A stretch of 64,000 nucleotides of DNA from Novakomyces olei (GCA_016906335.1 JADEYG010000009.1:1364001-1428000); one strand, 5' to 3'. Positions 39,744 to 56,844 are shown, numbered from the stretch's first letter. Made by a program: numbers and translations. The notes: a model not told the origin generated them from the sequence alone.

Positions 39744-40363
39744 ATATTGTAAATTATTGTCAATATTAACACGCCAAATTAACACGCCAAAACACTATTA
39801 ATAATTGATGAACAAATATTGGGGTCTCCTTTATATTTACGCATCTACGTGACGGTGCAACAGAGGGCAAACGGCCAATAGCCATTACTGTCCGCGCCGC
39901 CGTCGGGAGAGACAGCCTGCACACACTTTGATTGGCCAGTCTGAGTGTATCAGCTACAAAGCCTTCGAGATCAGACAGAAATAGCGGATTAGAACGGGAT
40001 TGTTTGAGAGCAAACGGAGCCGGAGACAGTTGGGGCCGATATTTTGGCCAAGTGATCGGGTTTTTGGCTGTAGGGACCAATTTTCATGCTTTGCTTCTGG
40101 ATCTTTAATCGTCAAAACTATGTTGCCAGCGAGAACCACACTATTTTTGAAAAATAATGCACCTAGTCGAGCATCGAGATAATATCTAAAGTGAGCAGCT
40201 GACGTCCGTGGGCATCGCGGTATTGATTGTTCGTTGCGTCAGGTTTTGGCACTCTACTTTTTAACGTCCCGACTATTAAAGTAAAGCACAGGTATTGTGG
40301 GGATTGAAGCGTGACTGTGCTTATTGCCACAGTACTCGTGGCAAATATAGGCTCTACGCCATT

Positions 40364-43292
<2,929 letters not shown>

Positions 43293-43302
43293 GGCAATTC
43301 TG

Positions 43303-44736
43303 TTACTCTTGCATGAAATTGACCACCTGTTTGACCGTACACTCTCGAGAATTGGCGAGCTCAGAGACCTTTTCAAGATCCGGTAGTGCAATTTTCCGCC
43401 AAAGGCCGTCGGTGCTCGTGCACAGCAGATGCTGATTGTGCCACGCAAGCCGTTTACGACTCATATCAATAACGCTGCGTCTGTCTGCCGGTGCAAAGTG
43501 AGCCTGGAACGAGCTCCATTCGCTCGTAAAATAGCCGCCGGGCAGAAAACTGCCTAATCGTTGTAGTCGTGAACGGACGTTTGTACTTTCTGCGTCAAGT
43601 TCAAGATCGAAAAGGTGAAGAGTCGGCTTATCCGAAGCTACACATAGTAACTGCCTTCCATTGAGGGCAGCAATTGGCGGAGAGAACACGAGATCATCTA
43701 TTCTGGCATGATCAATACCTCGACGCAGCTCTGCTAGTAAAACACATTTTTGTGTGTCCCATACTCGGATCAATGTGCCTTTGACTGAAGCTGTAGCGAG
43801 TAGGGAAGCATCATTATTCAGAGCAAGACAAGCAATAGTAGAGTCATGAGCTCTAATTAGAGAGACATTGGGGGCAGAATGGGGCTGGCTCGCCTCAGCA
43901 AGAGTCACGAGCTGCACGTGACCAGCCTGACGGCTCTGAAAGGCCAGCAGTCGCCGGTCGTTTGTAACAGTAAGGGCGCAGGCGCCTATTCAGCATTAGT
44001 ATGTATAATATTTATTTTGTTATATATAAATCAATAAATACTTTAATTAAATAATTCATTAATCGAAATTGCTGTTTGTTTCAAGACTCACCTTGTGGAT
44101 TGTCTGCTGTCTCGTAAAACAAGCGTTGCTGCAAAGGAAGCGTGTATACGAATACAGCGTTGGCGAGAGACACGGCGATCCTGAAATAGTTAAAAGATGG
44201 CAAAAGATAGGAAGAATACTACCATTCCCTCGTGAGACATACGCGTTTCACGTCCGTTCGGAACTCCGCGTCAGCTATAACTCGGCCTTTTGTATCGTCC
44301 CATAATTGTATTCTGTTCAAAGGGAATTTTGGTGCTTTTCCTCCGCCAACAAGCACGAGCAAGTTACTGCGGCCTAACATTTCAGCCATACCAAGGCCTC
44401 CGTACTTGCCAAAGCCTGGACACGTGAGTAGCTTGATACAAAATCTTCTACAGTAAAACAAAAAATAATTAAAATAATTAAATTAAATTAAAAAAACAAA
44501 TAAAAAAAAGACAATAAATGTTAGAGGCAGATTGTGGAAAAGAAATGTTTCTTCCTTGTTGACTTACTCCGTGAAGCCCGAGGTCGCGGAGGATCGGAAG
44601 AAAAGACGCGGAATCCATTGTCTGTCGCGGCTGTGAAGAAAGACCCGTCCCGATTGAACGAGACACCCAAAAGTGTAAGCGCAGGAGTGGCAGCGGGCGG
44701 AGTTCCACGCGAGGAAAAGGCGCCGCCTTGGATCAT
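43303..44736 (-). CDS. HSV2: PROPPIN WD40 protein, Hsv2/WIPI3-4-like (Atg18 family)
   Basis: VSFNRDGSFF..NGFRVF, MAEMLGRSNLLVLVGGG..PKFP, AHDSTI..ATASVKGTLIRVWD..ELRRG (LRRG PIP-binding motif), SDKPTLHLF, YFTSEWS. Multiple introns, not all mapped. Confidence 0.9.
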
Positions 44737-45415
44737 AATATATTGCTCATTGCTCCACGTGCAAGCGTAAACAAACAGGTGTGGAGTAGATTGTGTCGAT
44801 AATATCCTTATATTCAAACACACATATATCAAATCCAGTTAACCCTAACCCTTGCTCGTCGTATAACGATCAGTGTCTGAGAAAAGTAAAAATATGAGAA
44901 GGCCTCATCTGCTATTATCAATGACTAAACACGAGTATTTTTGTATGAAAATAAAAGACCAAACGGCCAAGCAACGTGTATTTCGATCAACGTACTATCT
45001 CACGTTTCTCCAATGTACCACGCAAAGAGAAAGATGTTTCAGTTGCCGCTCATACACAGCTTTTTAGCGCTGTTTGGCCTTTATGATTAAGGCTTTTCTA
45101 ACCCTGACATTGGCTACTCGCAGCCAATGAAATGCCAATTCTACCCGCAAATCTACCCAGTATTACCATTTTTGGTAAAAAAGAACTTTTTTATGTGGGA
45201 TGGTTGTTGTCTCGGAAAGCCGCACGTAGAAACAGTATGGCAAACAATTAATGTTATTATTGAATAGAGTTATTATTGAATTGAGCTATAATTGAATAAA
45301 GTTATAATTGAATTAAATTATTGAATTAAAGTAATAATTGAATTGAAAATGAAATAATTGACATTTGTCTCCCCACAGACAAATATTAGCCGCGCTAAGA
45401 GCGCCCGGGATTGCA

Positions 45416-46864
45416 ATGCAGCCGGAAAATAATACAAAGCTCGACTGGCGGCAGCACAAAAAAGCATTGGCTGCCGCCATTTTTGCAATGCTGTATGCTG
45501 GGCTGTGCGATGCTACTTTAGGCGTAAGTGATTTGAAATGGAATATTATTTAAATTGGCAACGGCCCAAAGAATAAGTAAACGCTTTCCTGTCTAACTGT
45601 CCAGTCGCTCCTTCTTCATCTGCAGCAGTTTTACAATCTTAATTACTCTGAAGTATCGGTGATTTTTCTCGTACAAATTGTCGGCTATGCGACATTGTGC
45701 CTCTGTAGCGGATGGCTATATTCACGTATTGGAGAACGCGGACTCGGGCTGTTTGGTGCTCTTTTGGGAGCCGTTTCCATGTCAACAGCGGCGGCTGCTC
45801 CTCCGTATTTTTTCATATTTGTCGCAGCTTACGTTTTACAAGGCTTTGCAATTGGATCAATGGAATCGTTATACAATGCTATTGCCGCCTCAATGACGGA
45901 TTCAATTCATATCATGTCGACTCTGCACGGCTTTTACGGACTCGGTGGCACTTTGAGCCCAGCGCTTATTTCTTTTTCGGAGACTACGCTGCACCTGCCG
46001 TGGAACGGTTACTACTTTTTCCTTACTTTTTGCGCTATCGTCCTCATAGTCCTAGTGTTGGTAGGTTTGAGGGGGTCAAGCCCAGATGCAGCTAAAGATT
46101 ACTCACTCGTCCCGGACTCTGGTTTCGACGAGGAGAGCATTGAACTCCAACACACTTATGACGCTGACAAGGAAAATGAGGCAGCCGAAAGAGCGGACCA
46201 AGGAGACAATGGTCAAAGGAATATTAGAAATAAACGCGAGGATAGCACACACCAGCACGGGGAGCTGATCAAAGCAGATCAAGGGAGCATTAAACAAATA
46301 CTTGGGTCACGAAACATTCGACTGCAAGCGTGCTTTCTCATGTGCTACCTCGGCTCGGAGATTTGTTTGAGTGGCTGGATTATTGCGTACATGGTCCGTG
46401 TCCGAGGCGGCCAGGCCACGCAAATGAGCTGGGTGCAAACGGCTTTTTGGCTAGGGCTCACTGCAGGCCGTTTTGTCTTTAGCCATTTTATTGTATGGGC
46501 GGGAAGGCAAGCTGCCATGTACAGCTTCCTAGCGCTTTGCCTAGTTGCCCTGCCTCTAGTGCACTTTTCACCATGGATTCCACTCAGTGGAGTCGCAGTG
46601 GCAGCAATCGGACTCGCATTGGGACCAATGTTTCCCTTGCAAATGAATATTGCCACTGAATTTCTGCCCCCGGCTCTTCACGTCTCCGGAATCGGGTTCC
46701 TTGCCGCTTCTGCTGCCATTGGAGGAGCATTACTGCCTTTTTTCCTGGGTCTTTTAGCCAACGCCACCGGACCGGGTGTGCTCATTCCCTACCTCGGCGC
46801 CTTGATGGCGACAATGGTACTTTGCTGGTCAATGCTTAGGCACGAAGTGTCTGTAGCAGGATAG
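45416..46864 (+). CDS. MFS transporter (Bsc6/TsgA-like)
   Basis: Intron 45524-45604. GLCDATLG, LHGFYGLGGTLSP, YLGSEICLSGW, FWLGLTAGR, GPMFP; ~12 hydrophobic segments. Confidence 0.88.
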
Positions 46865-47079
46865 ATAATTGTTCTCGTGAGCGAGGAGAGGTGGGTGTAT
46901 CCATTGCCATAGTTGTTTGTGCATAGAAAAAAGAAAGATCAATTGGCAAATTCATTCGCGGTACAGTAAACATGATTCCCACTTTAATCAGTGTGTAGAA
47001 AAGGCTGCTCTTGACATGGCGCAGGATCGACGACGAGAAAATATATATTCATTTATTATATAAATAAATGAATATACAT

Positions 47080-47577
47080 CTATGCTTTCTGCGGTTCCTC
47101 CATACAAATCCCCTCGTCAACTGCCGTCGGCTCTTCACCTGCCGACTCTTCATCAAACCACCGATCTTGAGCATCACGTGACACGATATCAATATCGTCA
47201 TACTGTTCGTTGTCATCGACCTGTTTGTAGTACTCACTCCACTGAGGATCGCAAGTGCCGATAATAAACTGCTCACTCAACCGTTTTTCCCGGCGAGAAA
47301 CACGTGAGCGCAAATCTTTTGCTTCTCCATCGTCGTCCTCGCTCTCGCTGTCGCTCTCGTGAGAGTCAATACGATCTTGCTGCAGTCGCCAGCGGTCATA
47401 GTCGTCCAGTACGGGAGCACTCAAGGCGCCGCCGATAGAGTCGGCTCTGCTATTCTCCTGCTGAAGAACTCCAAGCTGCTGAAGCGCTATTTGCCGGATA
47501 AAGTCTGGATGCATTTGCAGGTAACGTAAGCGGCGATTACGGACTGTCGTCGACGGCCACGCGCCGCTCGATGACAT
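47080..47577 (-). CDS. CCDC97/DUF2052-like acidic protein
   Basis: TVRNRRLRYL, EQFIIG.D..YKQVDDNEQYDD..RDAQDRWFDEE. Confidence 0.75.
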   Translation of the reverse strand: MSSSGAWPSTTVRNRRLRYLQMHPDFIRQIALQQLGVLQQENSRADSIGGALSAPVLDDYDRWRLQQDRIDSHESDSESEDDDGEAKDLRSRVSRREKRLSEQFIIGTCDPQWSEYYKQVDDNEQYDDIDIVSRDAQDRWFDEESAGEEPTAVDEGICMEEPQKA

Positions 47578-47819
47578 GACCTTTTGATAATTGCAACTGG
47601 CCAAGCTTGGCTAATACGCCATACTATATGAAAATATATATAGCGAATAAAAGCGAAATATAGGGAATATTACTACAGGAATAAATATATAAAGTCTAGT
47701 GCGCCTGTAACTGTGAGGGGAACACAACCTTGCGCATAACGCAACAGTCAATTCTGATTACAATGCCGCACTCTACACTTGACGATTACATTTTAATCTC
47801 ATAGTGCATCAAGCCATTC

Positions 47820-48090
47820 TATTTATCAAACACTTTTGTTTATAAACCATTTATCAACCAATTTATTCATGAACAATTATTATTTACAAATAATTTATCA
47901 ACATTTTAAATATTTATCAACAATTATCTTTCAACAATTATTTACCAAACAATTTATTTATCAACATTTTAAATATTTATCGACAATTATTTATCAAACA
48001 AACCTGTTTATCAACAATTTATTTATCAACCATTTATCAACATTATTTAGCAAAGCCTGTGCAAGGCATCTCGATAATTATTTACAAAAT
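47820..48090. repeat. Degenerate TTTATCAAC-based AT-rich repeat region
   Basis: Directly visible imperfect repeats. Confidence 0.8.
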
Positions 48091-48119
48091 ATACATTATC
48101 CAGTAGGCGTGCTCAAGTG

Positions 48120-48905
48120 CTATACAGTCTCGTGCTCTTGCTTGATGGCAAGCAAAACACTGTCGACGCATTCAGCAAGGAAAAACTTTACACGGCCGCC
48201 CACGCTTAAAAGCAGCCCACCGCAAGCGATACTACACAATTGCAGCCCTCCTTCGCTGGCAAACGGCATGGTAGTAACGCGCTGCAAGTGCTGGTGGACG
48301 AGAGCGGTAAATAAGCCATTCCCACGAATAGTGCTCACATCGTTCTGGCTCAGGCCGACGGTGAGCGTATTAAGGCGGCCGCGTACGGTCGCTGGGGCAG
48401 AGTAGACACATTCAACGGGCTGTGCTTCGCCCGACTGTGCCATATAACTGTCCAAGACAGCGGCAAGCGTTGCCGCCCGCACACTTACGACGGCCAAGTG
48501 GGCGTCAAAAGTGGCAGAGAGGTAGTGCACCAGTGCATTCGCCAGCAGAGGCGGCATTTTTACGAGGAGTAGAGGGTAAATGGCAAATTCGGCAAATTCA
48601 CTGCCAGCGCTCGGCATATGCAAAAGCAGAGCCGTATGGGTCCGCACCCGCTCGCCGCCCGTTGAAATCTCAAACAAGATCACGTGGTCAATGCCACGTG
48701 TCGCGTGGGCGCGTTTCTCTATGCGCACAGAGACGATATCGATGTGGGAGGAACGCGTCTCTTCGCGTACAAACGCGTCCAGATCGCGCGAGTAGGTATG
48801 CGCGTGCAGAGCGGCAGTGGAAAAGCGGAACAGCGGTGACACGCGCCACACGGTGAAGGACGTATTGAGGAAAAGATCACTGACCGGTCTTTCTCTCGTC
48901 GCCAT
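48120..48905 (-). CDS. Kinetochore subunit Fta1/CENP-L-like
   Basis: FLNTSFTVWRVSPLFRF, PLLLVKMP..LVHYLSATFD, F..ALVHQHL, IACGGLLLSVGGRVKF. A 15-bp repeat (48918-48982) extends the ORF upstream of the likely ATG. Confidence 0.75.
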   Translation of the reverse strand: MATRERPVSDLFLNTSFTVWRVSPLFRFSTAALHAHTYSRDLDAFVREETRSSHIDIVSVRIEKRAHATRGIDHVILFEISTGGERVRTHTALLLHMPSAGSEFAEFAIYPLLLVKMPPLLANALVHYLSATFDAHLAVVSVRAATLAAVLDSYMAQSGEAQPVECVYSAPATVRGRLNTLTVGLSQNDVSTIRGNGLFTALVHQHLQRVTTMPFASEGGLQLCSIACGGLLLSVGGRVKFFLAECVDSVLLAIKQEHETV

Positions 48906-49569
48906 TACGCCTATATCATTGCCGCCTTTAAAATTGCCGCCTATAAAATTGCCGCCTATAAAATTGCCGCCTATAAAATTGCACAATCACACGTTAAAGC
49001 GTCAATTGCGCGTCGCTCAATTGGCAATCGCTGTTTACGCGTTTGCACACACACACATTGATTGTCTCTGCAGTTTTATGCCGTTTGCGTATACAAACAA
49101 TTAAAGGCAATTTTTAGTATCGCAGACTCGCCCGTTTTCTCCATCATCCACCCACGTTTCTTGACGCTGTGCATAAGTAATAAACCTAGAAGTTTGTGTG
49201 CCATAGGATATTGACAGTTAATAACGTTTAAAAGGGTTATTACACGTGATAATATTAGTTTGTTTATATGCACATTAATGTACAGATATATTTTTATATA
49301 CAATTAATATATAAAATGTATAAAATATATCAATAAATCTGTTTAGCACGGCAAAGTACATTTGACGCTGCTGAAACGGCCTTTTGGCCATTGCTGGCAA
49401 TTATTGGCGCGCGCTAGGTCTCTTGTGTATCTCGCCAGAGTCTAAGCATTTAAACTGTCTTTACGCGCTCGGATTCCGGCTCGGATTCCGGCGCAAAGCC
49501 GTTCATTTTAATAAGGCGCGATCGTAAAATTGAACAGAAATCGCAGCCTCGTTGAGCAGCGACGACGCG

Positions 49570-50115
49570 ATGAACCATAAAGACTTTGCCTACTATGGGG
49601 CACCTCCAGGGTATTTAATGCACTATTGGACTCGGCCATAGTTTAGTATTGCGATAACTAACCTCTAGACCTCCAATGGGTCCTGCTCTGAATATCGGTT
49701 ACGACCATATGGAACCCGAGCCGGTGGCTACAGCACCGACTCCTGTTTTTGATGGGGAGGAAGAGCCTTTGTTTGTGAACGCAAAACAGTACCACCGAAT
49801 CCTCAAGCGTCGTATTGCTCGTGCGCGCCTCGAAGAAACCTTGAGGATAAGCAAAGAGCGAAAGGTAAACTCTATTCGAAATTTAATGCCGTTGCTTATC
49901 GTCAGCCATATATTCACGAATCGCGGCACAAACACGCTATGCGCCGGCCCCGCGGACCTGGTGGCCGGTTCCTTACCGCTGAGGAAATTGCGGCGCTTAA
50001 CAAGCAAAAGGAGCATCAGCCCGCTACAGAGACAGCGAATGATGGATTAAATTCTGGAGCTGCTGATGCCTCAGCACTGGCTATGGGACAGGCCGGTGAA
50101 GGTACCGAGTCATAA
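49570..50115 (+). CDS. HAP2: CCAAT-binding factor subunit Hap2/Php2/NF-YA
   Basis: Introns 49611-49668 and 49865-49905. EEPLFVNAKQYHRILKRR.AR..RK|PYIHESRHKHAMRRPRGPGGRFLT. Confidence 0.96.
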
Positions 50116-50149
50116 TATACTACGGCACGCTCAATCAATTCGTGTACGG

Positions 50150-50197
<48 letters not shown>

Positions 50198-50930
50198 ATA
50201 TTTATAATTTTTTGTGAGTGCCAAGCGTGTCGAGTCTACTCTCGCTTGCTGAGAAGAAGGAGCGCAAAATCGACGGTCGAGTTGGGGCTTTAAATAAAAA
50301 ACATTGAACAGCCTCATTAGACTAGTCGAGTGTGAAGGTGTAATTTATAGTATATCAGGATGCAGCGAGGCACGTTAAATAATTTAGGTATTTTCTTATC
50401 ATCTTGGCGATGTAGAGTTGTATGAAGCGTTTGCCTGTTGATTGGAAATCCTGTTTTTTTAATATCGTTGTTGTTTGATTAAAACGTTTATCAGATTCAC
50501 GTTTGCACCACCAGTAGCACATAATCTCTCTCTTAACCTTTTTCAATGTTTCGCGACGCTGCCTTTCTTCCTAATATACTACAACTGTTTCGACTATACT
50601 TGCTAGCAACTGTAAATGACTTGCACTGGCAGCGTATTTTGTTGCGCCTACGCTGGTTGCTGATGGACAGCATTTCCCTCAGAATCAATCAGGATCGAGA
50701 CGCGTTCATTGACTATCGATACATTGTCGTCAATGTCTAGTACCATGAAATTAATACTGCTAAGGGCCCCGTCTGTATATTATTTAATAAAATATTATTT
50801 AATAAAATATTATTTAATAGAATATTATTTAATAGAATATTATTTAATAAAAAATACGTAATAATAAATTCGCGATAAAGGTGCAATCACCGATAACTCC
50901 AATTTGATATGAGCTTTGCCCAAATAAAAC

Positions 50931-51495
50931 ATGTCAGAGGCGACGATACAGCCGCGCATTGCGGCTGTTATAATAATGAGCCGACGCAATACAATTCTCT
51001 TCATGCGCATTGTATCACAAACACCGCCGCGCAGCGACGCTAGTGCAGCAGAGCGGATAAAGTTTGAGAAACTTGCCGCACGAAGTAGCGATGTATTTGC
51101 CGAGCGAGGTAAGGTAAAGTGCGGTATTGAGATCTAATCATCTGCAAAGTTGCTTCTGGCGAAGTAATTACAGACTCGTATTTTGGGATTCTGACGGCTG
51201 ACGAGTCCTTATCGGTATACGGCGCACAAACAAACACCGGAGTCAAGATAATGCTGGTCGTGCACGAGACGGATTTCATTATACGCGACACCGAAATTAA
51301 ATTGGTATGTACACTGAAGAGTCTATTATTAACCTGCTCCAGTTGCTGAGGCGGGTACATACAGCGTATATAAACCAGGTCATGAATCCTTTTTTCTCTA
51401 TCGACTTGGACACGCCTATCACAGGCAAACGGCTACCACAAACCATTGACCAGATTGTTCGGAACTGGCGACCCGCATCAGGTGCCCGTACCTAG
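50931..51495 (+). CDS. Sedlin-like TRAPP subunit TRAPPC2L/Tca17
   Basis: Introns 51109-51149 and 51305-51342. IAAVIIMSRRN, SSDVFAER, YFGIL..SVYGAQTNTGVKIMLVV, RRVHTAYI..MNPF. Confidence 0.85.
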
Positions 51496-51679
51496 AAATG
51501 CCATCTGATTCATTGGAATGGCGAAAAATTTGAGTCCAAATGATTGAACACTCAAAAATAAATTATTAAATTATTAAATTATTGAATTATTAAATTATTA
51601 ACTTATTAAATTATTAACTTATTAAATAAATAAATAAATTAATTAATTATAGCGATATACTATTCCAAAGATCTGAGCA

Positions 51680-52459
51680 ATGCCTTCCCCGCATGAGTGG
51701 GTACCGCTCGAGTCAAATCCAGAGACGCTTACTTCCTTTGTACGCGGCCTGACTGATTCAAATGCCTTAGAGTTGTATGACGTGTTTAGTCTTGAAGAGC
51801 CGCCAGAGTATATACCTCGACCGATATACGCTCTTTTGCTTGTCTTCCCAGTGTCAAAGGCGCGGGAGCAGTTAATGGCCGAGCAGGACCGCGGCCGCCC
51901 ACCGTATTCTTACAACAGCAGTGGTCCAGAAGACACAGAAGAGGATGCAATTTGGTACCCACAAACTATACCAAATGCCTGTGGAACTATTGGCCTTTTA
52001 CACGCTCTTTCAAACGGCCAAGTTCCAGAGCTAATTGGTTTGTTTTCCTTTTGTACTCTGCTACAACGCTAACGTGTAGGCGATTCACCACTGGCAAAGT
52101 TTATTCAAGAAATTAAATCCAAGTCTTTAAAAGACCGCGCTGCTGCTTTTGAAAATTCTTCTATTATTGCACAATTACATACACAGGTTGCCCAGCAAGG
52201 CGATACAAGGCCGCCAGAACCAGGAGAGGACGTCGATCTGCATTACGTGGCTCTCGTTAAGGGCCGAAGCTCTAACAAGATTTACGAAATGGACGGCCGA
52301 CGTGCTGTTGGTCCCGTCGTGAGGGCGACACTGCCCGAAGGTGAAGATCTCGGCGGGCCTACGTCATTGGCAGTCGTCCGTGAATTTGTCGATGCAGAGC
52401 GTGATAATCCACAATTTTCTATGAGCTTTAGTCTTCTGGCTCTGGCTCCTTCGAGCTAG
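51680..52459 (+). CDS. YUH1: Ubiquitin C-terminal hydrolase (UCH family)
   Basis: WVPLESNPE, QTIPNACGTIGLLH (catalytic Cys), DLHYVAL (His), YEMDGRR (Asp). Intron 52038-52079. Confidence 0.95.
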
Positions 52460-53039
52460 AGCGCGTGAAACGAAATTTAAATCGGAGGTTTCCCTCCTTT
52501 TAATCGAGTCTTTCAATCTATATGTATCCAAAAAAATCTACACTGCAGAAGCCGCATTCAACGGCAAAGCAATATTTTGTTGCCGCTAAATCCTCTACTG
52601 AGATCAGAATAAATGGTTTTTGTTTTCAATTACCATATCATCTCCGCACTATCTACCTTAATCTCCACCGTTTTTTACTCAACCCTTGCATCCCATTCCA
52701 AACTTTTCTTTAGTAAATATTCACCAGTCAAAAGACACAGATAAAAACGATTGCTTTCCACCTCAAGCGTACCCGGCTAAAACACGCAAAGTCAAAGAAA
52801 TGCACAGTCAAAGAAATGCGCCGACTGTACATTCGACAATAGAATAAAAGCTTGGCCGGGAGCTCAGTCCTTTTTTGATCAAGGCTGTTTCCGAAACTAA
52901 AATAATTTTCCAAGTTTCGGTTTATCCCGCACTTGAACAGACGCAGGAATCAAGCTGATTTTAAAAGCCATGACAAAAAAAAGAACATAATATATAAATA
53001 AATCCTGAAACGACTAAACCAACGTAAACCAACCCTTAA

Positions 53040-53969
53040 TCAAATATCGTCCGCTCCCCATCCATTCCGGCCAATCGTGACTTGTTCGCCAGGCTTGAAC
53101 GCGGGCATACCCAGGTAAGGGCACGATGAGCATCGGAAAGCATCGCCGAGGTAGCAGCTACCACAGCTAGAAACCGGCTTCCCTGGTTTTGTAAAATCCA
53201 CCTCTGACTGATCCATTCCCAAAGAGCTCAGGCTTACTGCCGCCTGCGTTGTGGCCCGTGCATTCTCCTCCTCTTCTTCCATCTCACGCAGGCCACAGGT
53301 ACAGTTCTTGCACGCCTTCTTCTTTTTTCCCGGCTTCGGTTTACATTCTGGAGGCTGCACAACAGGCCGAAACGAATCCATATCGTCTAAGAAGGTGTCC
53401 TCGTCTATTAAATCATCGTCATCTCCTTCATTTTCATCATCAATGGAGAGGCCTAAAGCCGCCATCCGTGAGTGCGAAGAGCCATTCTTGTTCAGCTGCC
53501 TTTGCTGGCGTAGTGGCACAGCCGTCGCTGCCGCCTCTTCTGGCTTTGTCAAGTAAAGCAGACCAGCCTTCTCCTCGGCAACAAAGCCAGACATAATAGC
53601 AGCAGTCCGTAAGGCGTTGCTCTCAGCCGACACGACTAAACTTTTGCCCATTTTTAGAGCCGATTTGATTTTTGGTAAAAGCGAGATAAACTGCTGCATA
53701 TCATTTTCGTCAGCAGCAACATAAATGTGATCGTATTTCTGCGGCGGCAATTGCGCTATACCCATTTGAACACGGTCAATCATTTGTAACTCTTGCCGCT
53801 CGGGAAAGGCTTTCATCAGCTGCTCCAGCTGTTGGGCTTCTGTAGCAAAAGCAGCAGTAGCAAGTATGAGGCCCTGACCCCGCGCTGATTTTGCGGCCGC
53901 CAGCCTTGCTTGTGAGTTGTTCATTTGTGCAGAGGTAGTGTCCCTGCTGTCGAGCAAAACTACCGTCAT
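53040..53969 (-). CDS. DRE2: Fe-S cluster assembly protein Dre2/anamorsin
   Basis: [54 protein letters not shown]. Start codon inferred. Confidence 0.95.
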   Translation of the reverse strand: MTVVLLDSRDTTSAQMNNSQARLAAAKSARGQGLILATAAFATEAQQLEQLMKAFPERQELQMIDRVQMGIAQLPPQKYDHIYVAADENDMQQFISLLPKIKSALKMGKSLVVSAESNALRTAAIMSGFVAEEKAGLLYLTKPEEAAATAVPLRQQRQLNKNGSSHSRMAALGLSIDDENEGDDDDLIDEDTFLDDMDSFRPVVQPPECKPKPGKKKKACKNCTCGLREMEEEEENARATTQAAVSLSSLGMDQSEVDFTKPGKPVSSCGSCYLGDAFRCSSCPYLGMPAFKPGEQVTIGRNGWGADDI

Positions 53970-54412
53970 TTCGTGACTAGCGGAGACTGATGATGGCCTC
54001 GTTTTTGCCTGGCGCAAACAGTCTTTTAAAAGATCACTCACTAATTATACAATTTTTTCTTTTTCGTTTCTTGTATGTCTTATTACTAATGATGAATTTG
54101 CGATGGTCGCCTAAGGAATAAGAGACGTTTGATACGCTAATGCCTATTTGTAAATATCTATTAGTAATGAATGAGTAATATATCAGCAATAGCTTTACGT
54201 AATATAATATAATAGCAAATAGTGACCTATTAACCCTAACCCTTGGTCGTAATTATAAAAACATTTCAACCATGTTGCTGGTAACAACCTTGGTTATCAA
54301 TAATTGAGGCACTACAAGTAGAGATTAACTTTTACACTTGAAAAATTGCTAATAGAGAGAATCCGCATAGACAAGTGTTGTCCAAACAATCATATTAGTA
54401 TTATCCGTTTTT

Positions 54413-56591
54413 TTAGCTCTCCTCGCCATCGCCATCGCCATCGCCATCGCCTTCTGCGTCGACCTGTTTGGCTTCCTGTCTCCGTTTCTGCCACTCTTGT
54501 GCCATAGCCATCATCTTCAGCATCTTACCAGAGCCCTCATCGCGATCTCCAGGGAAGATATAGTCATGGTACTCCTCTGAAGAGCCATCTTGAAGGCGCC
54601 GACGCTTAGTCACTACCCGTGGCAATTGCGCTTTCACTCTAGCCTCGGATTCCTTGTTGCCGTGTACGCTCTCAAAGGCCTGCCAGGCTTCCAGCAGCAC
54701 AAGACGCTCCTCCCGTAGTCGTAAATCGCGCAGACGCTCTTGCGCTTTGACAAAGACCCGGCGAGCCCTCTCGATGGCTGTGGGTGAAGCTTCGTCTTCA
54801 CGCTCTGGTTCTTCGTCATCGTCCTCCATGTGTGATACTTCAAAGTTGGCAAAACTGACCCAAACTTTAACATGATTTGTACGCTCCAGAAGCCTTTCGT
54901 ACAGAGCCCGAGCACGCTCATACTCGTCTTGCTCAAACTCATAGTCGATGTACGCCTTCCACACTGCCTCGGGCATTTCTAATACAGGCTGGGCAATGGC
55001 TAAATCGAAAACGGCCCGGGTCCTCTCCTCATCGCCCAGCCGAGCTTCCAACGAGGCAAATCCAATCCAGGCTAGGCAGTGCGAAGGATCGTACTCCAAC
55101 CATTTTTCGTACAGTGTACGACAGCGATCAAACTCTTTTAAATCGTCCTCAAACTTTATATAACCGCTAAACAGTTTTGGCTTGGGGCACTGGCCGATGG
55201 CCTGGCCAAGGGCTTTACGGGCACTCGGCAAATCCTCCCTGCGTAAACAAAACTGAGCAAAATTCAGCCAGACTTTAGCAAACGTAAATTTTTTATGGGG
55301 CACTAGTCGCAAACACTGGCGGTACACCTGCCGAGCCCTATCGAAATCCTGTGTCGTTGTTTCCTCATACAGGGCGTAAAAGAGCCAGAGGTAAATGTAC
55401 CTTCGCCAGTGCCTTTTTTCCTCTGTCGGGGGCACCTGTGCTACTGCCCGCTCATACACGTCACGCACACGCTCAGGATCAGCACCAGCACTCTCCTCCA
55501 GCGCAGCTAAATCAAACCAAGCGTCGTAATTGCGAGGAGAGGTCCGCACTTCATTCTCATACCCGACTCTGCGTTTGCCAATGACCACCTGCTCAATACC
55601 CTCACGGTCCCCGTACTGCTTTTCAAACTGGGTATACTCCCTGTACAGTGTTTGGCTTTGGCCACGAGGCAGCTGGTCGAGAGCGTAGCGGAAGATGACT
55701 CGAGCCCGCTCGAGTTCGCGTTGCCGTGCTTCAAACAGGGCAAATCCAATGTAGACACGTTCATCAGTGTGCTCCTTCAGCGTATCAATAGCCAGAGTAA
55801 AGACCTGCCTGACTGCGTTTAGATCACCAATTTCCTCTTCAAAGTGAGCCCACCGCAGCCAGTTGCGTGGCTGCGGGTGTACTATTGTAAGCCTCTCGTA
55901 TATACTACGAGCCTTGTGTGGCTCACCGTACCGCCGCTCGAGCCGTACGTAATTGAGCCAGACAGACTCGTCAGGCTCCCACTGCATCCATCGCTCGTAT
56001 ATCTGCCGCACACCGGCAGTATTGCCCAGCGTCTCCTCCATGTATACGTACTTGTACCATAACTTATCGACCCGTGGCAGTATCGTTACCGCCCGATCAA
56101 ACAGGTTCCGTGCATGGTTTATGTTTCGCGTCCGCATCTCTGCGTCAATGTACTTGATCCATACTTGCACTTTAGTCGCGTGCTGCAGGAGAGCACGCTC
56201 AAAGACACTGCGGCCTCGAGCGTACTGATCGTGCTCAAACTCCCAAAGCGCATACTGCGTCCACGTGTTGGGGTTCTCTGCCTTGCGTCTAATGTACGTC
56301 TCAAAGGTATTGCGCTGCCGAGCCATTTCGTCCAACAGCTCATCTTGGTCAGCCAAAGCCAGAGCGCGTCCGTCAGTGTCGGGTTTTGTCTCGCGCCTCT
56401 CAAAGGACTCTCGTAAAAGCTGCTCCGCCGAGATCTGACGATTAGAATACTGCTCTCCATTGGGGAACTTGAAAAAGAAAAAGAAGGAAAAGAAGGAAAA
56501 ATAAAAGAGAAAAAAAAATAATATATATATATCTCACCTGAACAGGCGCAGGCGCCTTGTTCTTGACACGCGGAGGACCGCGTTCCGACAT
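54413..56591 (-). CDS. CLF1: Crooked-neck/Clf1/Cwf4 HAT-repeat splicing factor
   Basis: RVKNKAPAPVQ|ISAEQLLRE (intron 56435-56537), INHARNLFDRAVTILPRVDKLWYKY, EKRHWRRYIYLW, HKKFTFAK. Confidence 0.97.
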
Positions 56592-56844
56592 GGCGGTGTC
56601 TCTGCTGTAGGGCAAACTGACTCTACGCTTGCTGACTTGATTGTAGGGTGGTAATTATTATTCTCCAGCTGAAATTGCTAATAAAACCATGGAAACAAAT
56701 TATATATGAATATATAATGTTCTACAATTATTGTTTTATTTTGCCAATATTATTATTATACCTGCCAATTTTGATAATTTATTATTTATTATTTTTAATG
56801 ATTCAATTATTCAATTATTTTTGATAGTAATAGTTTAAATATTC

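Noticed and set aside
47836-48405. 189-aa + strand ORF
   Set aside because: Made of AT-rich repeats plus antisense of the CENP-L-like gene.
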